Source: Escherichia phage vB_EcoM_G2248
Sequence record: MK327932.1
Length of the DNA: 64,000 nt
Direction: 5' to 3' (one strand)
Positions 55,227-62,419 of the stretch are shown in pieces (position 1 is the stretch's first letter; each line of letters opens with the position of its first letter). The notes beneath the pieces are model-generated. The model saw only the letters and a program-made list of their open reading frames with translations, did no database searches and was not told where the DNA came from. Position numbers and translations under genes: made by a program.

Positions 55227-55718
55227 TTAGTTGATACCTAAGCCAATGAAAATAGGTTGGTCTTCTACATTACCCATCCCAACACTAAGTCGATTCAATT
55301 CTAAAAACTGCAATACGCTGTCAGTAAATCCGCGCATGGTAGTATCTAGGATAAAAATTGTTTTGTCAAGACTACGACCTCGCCATGTGATCGGATTCAG
55401 GAAAGTTCGGATCGACGTACAATCTACATCTGAAATATTTACATTTTCACCACGACCGCGATCTCGGATCGTTTTGGCATGTTCCCGCGTTGTTGAAACG
55501 ATAAAGACACTATAGCCTTTTCGCGTATAATGGTCATATAACTTGATTGTAGCGTCTGTATGCCCTGTCTGACGGCCTAAATTGATTGAGACAATGGAAT
55601 CTAGGTCATCAGCAAAATTGCGTCGCTTACGGCGTTCCATGATGCCATTTACAGCAGATACACACGCAGCATAAATCAAATCTTTACTTTCTAATTCTAA
55701 ATCAATGTCAATATTCAT
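55227..55718 (-). CDS. hypothetical protein
   Basis: ATG at 55716-55718 with GGAG SD (MNIDIDLELE...). Confidence 0.45.
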   Translation of the reverse strand: MNIDIDLELESKDLIYAACVSAVNGIMERRKRRNFADDLDSIVSINLGRQTGHTDATIKLYDHYTRKGYSVFIVSTTREHAKTIRDRGRGENVNISDVDCTSIRTFLNPITWRGRSLDKTIFILDTTMRGFTDSVLQFLELNRLSVGMGNVEDQPIFIGLGIN

Positions 55719-55780
55719 GGTAAAGTCTCCAGTGAACGGGGAGAGATCCTTAGATTGTCTCCCCATTGATGGTTAATATT

Positions 55781-56356
55781 TTATTTTGGATCTGGGAAAT
55801 TCAATAGAGCATATTCTCCATAAAATTTCCTAGCTGCATTATCATAAGCGATTGCAGCTTCGATTTCTGTGTCATATTGTCCAAGAACATGTCTTTGTAG
55901 GTTGACCATTATACTAGCTCTCCATTTCTTACGCAAATCCTTCCTGTTACACTTACTAACACCCTTATACACACTAGAAAACTTTTTAGACTTCTTCTTT
56001 CTATTATGTTGATTTTGCGCGTCGGTTGCCTCCCTAAGATTTGGAGGATTGTTATTAGCAGGATTACCGTCAATATGATCAATTAATCTAACTTGCGTCC
56101 CATGTTCTAGAAACCAAACAACCCTATGCACGAATAGATGAACTCTAGGAAGACCGTCATCTCTACTATGCCAAAATCTAAGATGACCATCTTTATTTGT
56201 TCTGACTTTAACTAAATCGCCGTGTTTATATCTACTCCCTAATGGTCGTCCTTTGATAGCTTTACTATCGACTCTATAATATAAGATACCCTCTATATGA
56301 GCATATCTAAGTTTTATCTCGTTTTGTAGGGATTCATCCCAATATTTAAAAGCCAT
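55781..56356 (-). CDS. HNH homing endonuclease with C-terminal AP2 DNA-binding domain
   Basis: 191 aa; HNH motif IDHIDGNPANNNPPNLREATDAQNQHN; AP2-like YKGVS...WRASI...YDNAARKFYGEYALLNFP; AT-rich. Confidence 0.75.
   Translation of the reverse strand: MAFKYWDESLQNEIKLRYAHIEGILYYRVDSKAIKGRPLGSRYKHGDLVKVRTNKDGHLRFWHSRDDGLPRVHLFVHRVVWFLEHGTQVRLIDHIDGNPANNNPPNLREATDAQNQHNRKKKSKKFSSVYKGVSKCNRKDLRKKWRASIMVNLQRHVLGQYDTEIEAAIAYDNAARKFYGEYALLNFPDPK
55781..56356 (-). mobile_element. free-standing HNH-AP2 homing endonuclease gene
   Basis: domain architecture typical of phage homing endonucleases; compositional shift; own SD and a hairpin upstream. Confidence 0.5.
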
Positions 56357-56401
56357 TTTATAATCCTCACAAAGCCAGCGATTAAGCTGGCTTGATTTTA
56401 G

Positions 56402-56791
56402 TTATACCGGGTCTGGATATACCTTTTTATCGAGTTCCATATGCGGTCCGTCTTTAAAAGTAACCCAATCAACACCGCAGATAACAGGAACACCCAATTC
56501 TCGACCAGCTTGTTTAAATGCATCCGCGATCATGCGGTAGTATTTCATGTTCCATGTATCCTTATCTTTCGGATACGCTACAACGTCAACCGCGAAACCG
56601 TGAAGATGACGAGATTTCATAGTCTTAGATTTACCTTCCGCAACATATTTCTTTTGCGTTTCTAGACTACGTACACCTTCCGTAATACCAAAATCGACCG
56701 GAGTCAGTTCTAACGCACGATGAACGACTTTTACCAGGTCAGGATGCACACCAACAAGCCGATCTTTGCTTCTTTGAGATAATTTAAACAT
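56402..56791 (-). CDS. peptidase M15-type cell-wall peptidase (candidate endolysin)
   Basis: 129 aa; zinc-ligand pattern SRHLHGFAVD ... DGPHME as in L-Ala-D-Glu peptidase endolysins. Confidence 0.65.
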   Translation of the reverse strand: MFKLSQRSKDRLVGVHPDLVKVVHRALELTPVDFGITEGVRSLETQKKYVAEGKSKTMKSRHLHGFAVDVVAYPKDKDTWNMKYYRMIADAFKQAGRELGVPVICGVDWVTFKDGPHMELDKKVYPDPV

Positions 56792-56819
56792 TATTCACCC
56801 CCTTTGTGAGTGATAATAT

Positions 56820-57011
56820 TTAGATTCCGGCGATCCTGCATAGAGTTCTTGTATTAGCACCAATCAGGATCGCATTAACGACAACCATTCCCCAATCAAC
56901 CCACTGATTATTATAAATGCTAAACCCGTTTGCAAGACCAAATACAAGCATTCCGGTACACATACTCAGAGCAATAATCAACATCACGGTAAAACCAAAT
57001 GCAAATTTCAT
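56820..57011 (-). CDS. small membrane protein
   Basis: 63 aa, two TM-like segments. Confidence 0.45.
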   Translation of the reverse strand: MKFAFGFTVMLIIALSMCTGMLVFGLANGFSIYNNQWVDWGMVVVNAILIGANTRTLCRIAGI

Positions 57012-57012
57012 A

Positions 57013-57279
57013 TTATTTTCCTTTTCTCTGTTTACGTTTATAAAAGTAATACATTACCTCATCACGTCCGGTGATCCAACATGCTAGGGCGGTAAACAGG
57101 TTTACAATTCCCAACACACCTACTGACGCGGCGCTGTCAACAGACATAGGAACAGTAAAGGCCATAGCTAACATAGCAACGCCACAAATGACATTAAGCA
57201 CCATTATAATAAGACCGAAGAAAACCATTGTCAATCCTCCGACACAAGAAAACCAACAATCACGCCAGTGATAAGACAT
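57013..57279 (-). CDS. small membrane protein
   Basis: 88 aa, hydrophobic, basic C-terminus. Confidence 0.45.
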   Translation of the reverse strand: MSYHWRDCWFSCVGGLTMVFFGLIIMVLNVICGVAMLAMAFTVPMSVDSAASVGVLGIVNLFTALACWITGRDEVMYYFYKRKQRKGK

Positions 57280-57422
57280 GATGCGCCGCTAATCAGACAA
57301 CCCGCACCAAGTGATTCCCACCAGATCAGAGAAGCGACAATAACACAGAATCCCCATACTACCGCAATCACAACATAGGCAAGGGTCGCCCAAAACATAT
57401 ATTTGTTCATAATAAATCCCAT
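57231..57422 (-). CDS. small membrane protein
   Basis: 63 aa, hydrophobic. Confidence 0.4.
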   Translation of the reverse strand: MGFIMNKYMFWATLAYVVIAVVWGFCVIVASLIWWESLGAGCLISGASCLITGVIVGFLVSED

Positions 57423-57595
57423 TCACCAAACAAATAAGAAAAAAGCCATATCAACAGAAACGAGGCAATTGATCCGGCAAGCAAAATGATATTAGAGAAT
57501 CCGCCGTCTATCCAGGCGACAAAACAGAATACGCCAGTATAGAAGCATAAACCCATTACAAAGCATACTATAAGCAACCATAGACAAAACGCCAT
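57407..57595 (-). CDS. small membrane protein
   Basis: 62 aa, hydrophobic; GGAGGG SD. Confidence 0.45.
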   Translation of the reverse strand: MAFCLWLLIVCFVMGLCFYTGVFCFVAWIDGGFSNIILLAGSIASFLLIWLFSYLFGEWDLL

Positions 57596-57639
57596 AGAAA
57601 GCCCTCCATCGAGATAAATTAGTGCGGGTAGGGGACTGC

Positions 57640-57798
57640 ACTACCCGCTTTGTTAATCATCGCAGAGCGTGTTCTAGAACGATTCCACACCAACCGCTAA
57701 CCACACCAAAACACACAGCAACAAGCAGATTCATTCGGTCTTTTGGAATCATCGCAAACAGAACAACACCCACACAGAAAGCCATCACCATTGAAGTT
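57640..57798 (-). CDS. small membrane protein (about 52 aa)
   Basis: untracked ORF MVEQMLTSMVMAFCVGVVLFAM...; coordinates approximate. Confidence 0.3.
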
Positions 57799-57817
57799 AA
57801 CATTTGTTCAACCATTA

Positions 57818-58156
57818 TCACACCTTTAAAGTCATAGACGCATAAACATTAATGCCAGGCCAGTTAGGATCGCAATTATACTCAACATCCCACAAATAAA
57901 GCGGTTTAGATGTATCAGCCAAGTTTTTAAAATCTTCTACCCACATTTCAAGGCTATATGATGGATAAACTAGGCTATCATATCCGCCGTAACGTTGGCC
58001 TACTGGTCGGTCAGTAAAAACTACATCAAGATCCGGTAATTCTTTTTCAAGGATAACCGCCAGCGCATAAATCAGACTGTCTTCCTTGTTACGCTGCCGA
58101 AGGACCGTTGTCAGTTGGTTTTTCTGGTTCACTAGCAAGCACCTCCACATTTTCAC
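57818..58156 (-). CDS. hypothetical protein
   Basis: 112-aa ORF; true start likely internal (overlaps upstream ORF). Confidence 0.4.
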   Translation of the reverse strand: MKMWRCLLVNQKNQLTTVLRQRNKEDSLIYALAVILEKELPDLDVVFTDRPVGQRYGGYDSLVYPSYSLEMWVEDFKNLADTSKPLYLWDVEYNCDPNWPGINVYASMTLKV

Positions 58157-58409
58157 AGAATGAAATTTTCACAGACACAATTTTACCATAAGTGAAGAAT
58201 GAATATACATTATCGAGATATTCAACGTCACCTACAATCACATCAAACTGAGGATCAGCCACCGCCGCAACATATTCTACCAGTTCATCAAGAGAATGCA
58301 ACTTAATTTCATCAATTCGGCTGTATTTGGTTGCATCTTTGATTTTAAAACCACGTTCTTTCAGCTTATCAATTAGAATTTCACGCGGAGTTTCAAACAG
58401 TTTGCTCAT
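58089..58409 (-). CDS. hypothetical protein
   Basis: 106-aa ORF. Confidence 0.45.
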   Translation of the reverse strand: MSKLFETPREILIDKLKERGFKIKDATKYSRIDEIKLHSLDELVEYVAAVADPQFDVIVGDVEYLDNVYSFFTYGKIVSVKISFCENVEVLASEPEKPTDNGPSAA

Positions 58410-58430
58410 AATATAATCCTCACATTAAAT

Positions 58431-58631
58431 CTAAAATTTGTTAACGACGAATTGCATAATTAGACTAATCACAAACATTGCAAACCAAGTATAAATGCAA
58501 CAGATAAAAGCTACATACAATTCAATCTGGTCAGAGAATACACCGGGTAAAAGCATTAGCAAAATAACAACAGTAAAAACGCTAGCGATACCCGCAACAA
58601 AACCAATATCATTTTTACTAATCGTCATCAA
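58431..58631 (-). CDS. small membrane protein
   Basis: 66 aa, two TM-like segments. Confidence 0.45.
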   Translation of the reverse strand: MMTISKNDIGFVAGIASVFTVVILLMLLPGVFSDQIELYVAFICCIYTWFAMFVISLIMQFVVNKF

Positions 58632-58825
58632 GTCACCGTTTTGTAAAGAAACACAATAAAATCCCAGACAAAAAAGACAGTGAAAATAATCATCGTCAAG
58701 ACAATAAACACTGTCAGATTTTCATCGTTAGTTAATTCATGACCGTCCATCCATATAATCACCAGATAAAACATCGAAATCAAGGAGGCGAATACCAAAT
58801 TATAAAACTCTTCCTTTAATGACAT
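58628..58825 (-). CDS. small membrane protein
   Basis: 65 aa. Confidence 0.45.
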   Translation of the reverse strand: MSLKEEFYNLVFASLISMFYLVIIWMDGHELTNDENLTVFIVLTMIIFTVFFVWDFIVFLYKTVT

Positions 58826-58826
58826 A

Positions 58827-59009
58827 CTACACCTCGTCGCGGCTTAAGTCAACAGCAATTGCATACAGCATAATGAATATGCTAGCCGATCCGAGAATCA
58901 ATACACCCTCACATTTTGAAACTCGCTCATCAAAATGTAACATTATCCATCCGAGGATGTTAAAGGCGCAGACCGCGCCTATGTTCGCTAACCAATTAAT
59001 CTTTTTCAT
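58827..59009 (-). CDS. small membrane protein
   Basis: 60 aa. Confidence 0.4.
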   Translation of the reverse strand: MKKINWLANIGAVCAFNILGWIMLHFDERVSKCEGVLILGSASIFIMLYAIAVDLSRDEV

Positions 59010-59017
59010 AATATACC

Positions 59018-59344
59018 TTAGAAAGAAACAGTTTTCAAGAAATCCAGATTTTTAGTACCGAAAACAGAAAAGTAGTGTTTTCCTTTTTCGGTTTTAGAGA
59101 AAGCGATTGTCTTCTCTACATGGTGACGGAAGCCAGACAGACGATCACCCAGGTCAAGGCGGCAAGCGTAAGTAGTGCCGTTTTCGAAAGTAACCTCGAT
59201 TTGAGTTTTGTCATATTCGCTTTCATAGGCTTTTGCTGCCGCGTCCTGTGCTTTACGCTCGAAGTCTTCGAAGTGGAATACTTCGTTTGCGTTAGCGAAT
59301 ACAGAAGATTCAGAGAAGATAACTTTAACAGATACTGGTTTCAT
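59018..59344 (-). CDS. hypothetical protein
   Basis: 108 aa; GGAGTATCAAAATG start; promoter at 59387-59415. Confidence 0.5.
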   Translation of the reverse strand: MKPVSVKVIFSESSVFANANEVFHFEDFERKAQDAAAKAYESEYDKTQIEVTFENGTTYACRLDLGDRLSGFRHHVEKTIAFSKTEKGKHYFSVFGTKNLDFLKTVSF

Positions 59345-59386
59345 TTTGATACTCCTTAGTAGTTCGTGTTTCGTTTCGATGGGTGT

Positions 59387-59415
59387 ATTATGCTATACAC
59401 CCTCTCTCGTGTCAA
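59387..59415 (-). promoter_or_regulatory. early promoter
   Basis: TTGACA-N17-CATAAT then ACACCCATCGAAACGAAACAC leader. Confidence 0.55.
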
Positions 59416-59423
59416 CAACTTTT

Positions 59424-59612
59424 TTAGTCTTTTTTCATAATTTCTAGAGCAGTTTCTACAGCACCTTTCCAACCTTCCCACATAATGGACATAGTAAGGA
59501 AGTTAAAGCACCCGCAGGAATCAACCTTTTTAGAGATAAACCATTCTACAAACGCTTCGCTCATACCATGCTCTTTAGCGGATTCGCGTAATTGTTCAAT
59601 TTGGTCTTCCAT
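59424..59612 (-). CDS. hypothetical protein
   Basis: 62-aa ORF. Confidence 0.4.
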   Translation of the reverse strand: MEDQIEQLRESAKEHGMSEAFVEWFISKKVDSCGCFNFLTMSIMWEGWKGAVETALEIMKKD

Positions 59613-59634
59613 AGTATCACCTCAACACTTAACG

Positions 59635-59829
59635 TTATTCAAACTCAAACGGTCTATTCATCCTATTGTAAAAGTACATATAACAAGCATAGTTATGTTT
59701 TGGTTGTACCGTATCAGATAGACACGCTTTTACAGCCTCGCGGTCCGATGGGTCTACACCCTCAGCTTTAAGTAATGCTAAAATCTGGTTATAGCGTACT
59801 CTTAGTTGTACTAATGGTTTATCCCCCAT
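59635..59829 (-). CDS. hypothetical protein
   Basis: 64-aa ORF. Confidence 0.4.
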   Translation of the reverse strand: MGDKPLVQLRVRYNQILALLKAEGVDPSDREAVKACLSDTVQPKHNYACYMYFYNRMNRPFEFE

Positions 59830-59838
59830 ATTACCCCC

Positions 59839-60060
59839 TTATAGTTGATCAGCGATGTAAGCGTGACAAGCGCGGAGTTTCATTAATGCACTACCTTTCA
59901 CTTCGCCTACGATGTTCATAACTTCTAAGCGGTCGGATGGATTCATCTTAGAGCACCAGATCTGGTTAGCCAATTCCAGTTTACTCATATTTGGTTCCAT
60001 CTCAAACAGTTCACGCTCAAAGTCGATAATTTCTTTTGCTGCGTCTTTAAAGTTAATCAT
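59839..60060 (-). CDS. hypothetical protein
   Basis: 73 aa; GGGAGAATCAAAATG start; promoter at 60090-60118. Confidence 0.5.
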   Translation of the reverse strand: MINFKDAAKEIIDFERELFEMEPNMSKLELANQIWCSKMNPSDRLEVMNIVGEVKGSALMKLRACHAYIADQL

Positions 60061-60089
60061 TTTGATTCTCCCGTTTCGTTGATGGTTGT

Positions 60090-60118
60090 ATTGTAGGGGA
60101 GTTATCCTCCCCTGTCAA
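60090..60118 (-). promoter_or_regulatory. early promoter cassette with spacer palindrome
   Basis: TTGACA-GGGGAGGATAACTCCCC-TACAAT. Confidence 0.55.
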
Positions 60119-60126
60119 CACTTTTA

Positions 60127-60312
60127 TCAGAAATATGCAATATAGTTTGCCAGTCCTACAGAGTCATCATTCGGCATTGCTTTTACTGCCAGTTCAAACC
60201 CTACTTCAACTTTCTGTTTAGCGGATTCTTCGTTATAACCCCAGATTACCAGAATAGCTACTACGTTTTCTTTGCTTACTGCTTTCAGTGCTTTAGTGAT
60301 GCGACGTGCCAT
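60127..60312 (-). CDS. hypothetical protein
   Basis: 61 aa; GGAGAATCAAATTATG start; promoter at 60359-60387. Confidence 0.5.
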   Translation of the reverse strand: MARRITKALKAVSKENVVAILVIWGYNEESAKQKVEVGFELAVKAMPNDDSVGLANYIAYF

Positions 60313-60358
60313 AATTTGATTCTCCGTTTAAGAAAGTGTGTTTCGTTTCGATGGGTGT

Positions 60359-60387
60359 ATTATGCTATAGGCCGGATCTGGTGTCAA
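60359..60387 (-). promoter_or_regulatory. early promoter
   Basis: TTGACA-N17-CATAAT then ACACCCATCGAAACGAAACAC leader. Confidence 0.55.
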
Positions 60388-60415
60388 CAACTTTTTTAAA
60401 AAAATTTTAGGCAAT

Positions 60416-60439
60416 AAAAAAGCCACTCCGAAGAGTGGC
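60416..60439 (-). terminator. rho-independent terminator ending the structured RNA region
   Basis: hairpin GCCACUC-UUCG-GAGUGGC + U6. Confidence 0.6.
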
Positions 60440-60584
60440 TTATAGGGAAGGTAGCGAATCTTCCTTGTCTCCAACCTGCTAGCGGCCTAGCAAGTGAATG
60501 CTTTAGCGTACCGGATCGCCCATACGCTGCAATAAATGCGGCTAGGTGACGTCCAAATCATTCTAACCGCGCTGTCTTTAGTTC
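60416..60584 (-). ncRNA. candidate structured small RNA between a late-promoter motif and a terminator
   Basis: about 170 nt without convincing ORF; four consecutive hairpins (8-bp GCGGTTAG/CTAGCCGC, 6-bp AGCGTA/TACGCT, 8-bp CTTGCTAG/CTAGCAGG, 5-bp GGAAG/CTTCC) then terminator GCCACTC-CGAA-GAGTGGC + U-run; TATAAATA at 60590-60597 upstream. Confidence 0.35.
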
Positions 60585-60588
60585 ACTA

Positions 60589-60807
60589 TTATTTATATCG
60601 CTTTCTCTCGCGACGTTTTTGATCTTCTTCCTTGATAGAGTTAAATGCATCAAAAAGACACATGACACTAATAATAAACATAACCGTATTTTCTACGGTA
60701 TCCCACGGCTTCGCATCAGTACAGATCCCCCAAACGGTAAGAAATGCAAATAAGGCAGAAGAGATCACAAGAATGATACTTGCTAAAATATAAAAAGTCA
60801 TTTTCAT
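60589..60807 (-). CDS. small membrane protein
   Basis: 72 aa, hydrophobic N-terminus, basic C-terminus. Confidence 0.45.
   Translation of the reverse strand: MKMTFYILASIILVISSALFAFLTVWGICTDAKPWDTVENTVMFIISVMCLFDAFNSIKEEDQKRRERKRYK
60590..60597 (-). promoter_or_regulatory. candidate T4-type late promoter (TATAAATA)
   Basis: minus-sense TATAAATA overlapping the stop of ORF 60589-60807, directly upstream of the structured non-coding region. Confidence 0.35.
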
Positions 60808-60998
60808 GGTTTTACCTCAATTCTTCGATATTCATCACACATCCACGCAGTAAGCAAGAATCCCAACACATAAGCAACAAAATACGTTAATGCTTCTTCT
60901 GGTTCGGTGCTATGCGCCATCATCAGACCAGCGAGAAAGGTCTTAACAATTACATTTAAAATAATTAGCCACGCAAATAATTTCATCGTTTGCCCCAT
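60804..60998 (-). CDS. small membrane protein
   Basis: 64 aa. Confidence 0.45.
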   Translation of the reverse strand: MGQTMKLFAWLIILNVIVKTFLAGLMMAHSTEPEEALTYFVAYVLGFLLTAWMCDEYRRIEVKP

Positions 60999-61222
60999 TT
61001 CGGTCGAGTCTTTTCAAACTTATACATTCCGTAACAATCTCGAATCATCCACGTAACAAGAGCACCAGTCAACACAGACAATACACAGAAGAAGTAAAAC
61101 GGTCCGGTTGCATTATCAACATGAGCAAGCCAGGTAAAGAAAACACATGCAAGGAATGTAAAGAACATCATAAAGCACAAGAAAGCGAAATATTTTATAC
61201 TACTCATAGCGCCACCATACAA
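60983..61222 (-). CDS. small membrane protein
   Basis: 79 aa. Confidence 0.45.
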   Translation of the reverse strand: MYGGAMSSIKYFAFLCFMMFFTFLACVFFTWLAHVDNATGPFYFFCVLSVLTGALVTWMIRDCYGMYKFEKTRPKWGKR

Positions 61223-61310
61223 CAGATCATAAGAAACCCCAACGCAATAAGAATTGCATCAAATTTAGTGAACTCAGGTCCACCTATCAACATCATTCGT
61301 TCCTGTTCAT

Positions 61311-61553
61311 TCATAGATCACAGAGCCATCTTACAGCACCACATAAAGCGATCAAAAGACTAGGTATAAACGAGACTAAAACAAGACTACAAAAATCATC
61401 TAAGGTAACGCCGGAATAGCTACCTACTGTAACAACACCGATCATCAGACACAGAAAGAAAACAAATGCAATCAGAAACAAAGTATTGCTAAACAGTTTA
61501 GTGATCATTAGACACCCCACGACGATCAATTTCAAAAACTTTTTTATCATCAA
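61311..61553 (-). CDS. small membrane protein
   Basis: 80 aa, three hydrophobic segments. Confidence 0.45.
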   Translation of the reverse strand: MMIKKFLKLIVVGCLMITKLFSNTLFLIAFVFFLCLMIGVVTVGSYSGVTLDDFCSLVLVSFIPSLLIALCGAVRWLCDL

Positions 61554-61701
61554 CGAAGCATGTCACAACTGCATCGTTGACTTCCGCAAATTGTTGTGTT
61601 ACCCACTTAAGGTCAGAGCGAAACAATGTTCTATTAATAACAAATGTTTTACCGCTCTTATCCTTACCCATAAATTTTGCTTTAACCATATCAAATTCCA
61701 T
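61498..61701 (-). CDS. hypothetical protein
   Basis: 67-aa ORF. Confidence 0.4.
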   Translation of the reverse strand: MEFDMVKAKFMGKDKSGKTFVINRTLFRSDLKWVTQQFAEVNDAVVTCFVDDKKVFEIDRRGVSNDH

Positions 61702-61710
61702 ATTATCACC

Positions 61711-61869
61711 TTATTTGCTAATCGCTAAACCCAATCCGAAGAGAGCACCCGATGCTACAGTATACCCGAAAGTTTCAAATGCAGTAAAGATATCTAAGCC
61801 ACCAGCTAACAGAGTTGCAGTAAACAGAGTACCAGCTACGAACATAAAAGTTTTACCGATAAATTTCAT
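61711..61869 (-). CDS. small hydrophobic protein (52 aa)
   Basis: untracked ORF MKFIGKTFMFVAGTLFTATLLAGG...; GGAGAATCAAAATG start; promoter at 61901-61929. Confidence 0.4.
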   Translation of the reverse strand: MKFIGKTFMFVAGTLFTATLLAGGLDIFTAFETFGYTVASGALFGLGLAISK

Positions 61870-61900
61870 TTTGATTCTCCTTTCGTTTGTTTGTGGGGGT

Positions 61901-61929
61901 ATCTTACTACCCCCGTTTCATGTTGTCAA
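61901..61929 (-). promoter_or_regulatory. early promoter cassette, stem-loop enclosing the -10
   Basis: TTGACA-N17-TAAGAT within GGGGGTAGTAAGATACCCCC. Confidence 0.5.
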
Positions 61930-61935
61930 CTATTT

Positions 61936-62310
61936 TTAAGAATATTTTACTTCGTCTACAATGTCTTTCATGACATTGATTTCCATTCCGGTCAGAACAC
62001 GTTGGAACATGTGCTGCACATACGCTTTCAGGTATTCATTTGATGGCTTACTATCGAAAGTCTTTTTAGTGTAGTAGTCATCACCGAAAGCTACTGTAAT
62101 TACATTTTCGTCGTCGTTCCAAGCGATATAAGCAAATTTGCCGTTATCCCAGAAGCGAGCACTAATTGCTACTTTTGTTGAATCGAATCCTACTTCGCTG
62201 TGAGATTCAAGAACTACTTGCGTACCAGTTTCTTTATGAATGTAGTAGCGGGATACTAAGTCAAAGTTACGGGTGTAGTGACATTCGAATTTATCTTTAA
62301 ACATCATCAT
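61936..62310 (-). CDS. hypothetical protein
   Basis: track ORF overlaps promoter 62348-62376; ATG with GGAGAATCAAAATG gives MMMFKDKFECHYT... Confidence 0.5.
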   Translation of the reverse strand: MMMFKDKFECHYTRNFDLVSRYYIHKETGTQVVLESHSEVGFDSTKVAISARFWDNGKFAYIAWNDDENVITVAFGDDYYTKKTFDSKPSNEYLKAYVQHMFQRVLTGMEINVMKDIVDEVKYS

Positions 62311-62347
62311 TTTGATTCTCCTAAGTGTGTTTCGTTTCGATATGTGC

Positions 62348-62376
62348 ATTATGCTATAGTCGTTTATGGTTGTCAA
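62348..62376 (-). promoter_or_regulatory. early promoter
   Basis: TTGACA-N17-CATAAT then GCACATATCGAAACGAAACAC leader. Confidence 0.55.
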
Positions 62377-62385
62377 CACCTAAAA

Positions 62386-62412
62386 ACAAAAAACCCCGAA
62401 AAATTTTCGGGG
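62386..62412 (-). terminator. rho-independent terminator after the Acb1-like gene
   Basis: hairpin CCCCGAAAA-UU-UUUUCGGGG + U-run, 8 nt after stop. Confidence 0.6.
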
Positions 62413-62419
62413 TATAAAA

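Noticed and set aside
26060-60118. CRISPR-like array suggested by recurring G/C-rich palindromes (GGGGAG...CTCCCC, GGGGAT...ATCCCC, GGGAGTA...TACTCCC)
   Set aside because: They are dispersed over tens of kb, each inside a promoter spacer ahead of a gene, with no regular repeat-spacer periodicity and different sequences
60416-60600. Possible tRNA gene in the non-coding stretch near 60.5 kb
   Set aside because: No cloverleaf by eye: no acceptor stem with a 3' CCA context and no canonical 7-nt T-loop (GGAAG-ATTCGCTAC-CTTCC has a 9-nt loop); better explained as a structured small RNA or 3' UTR. A tRNAscan-type search would settle it
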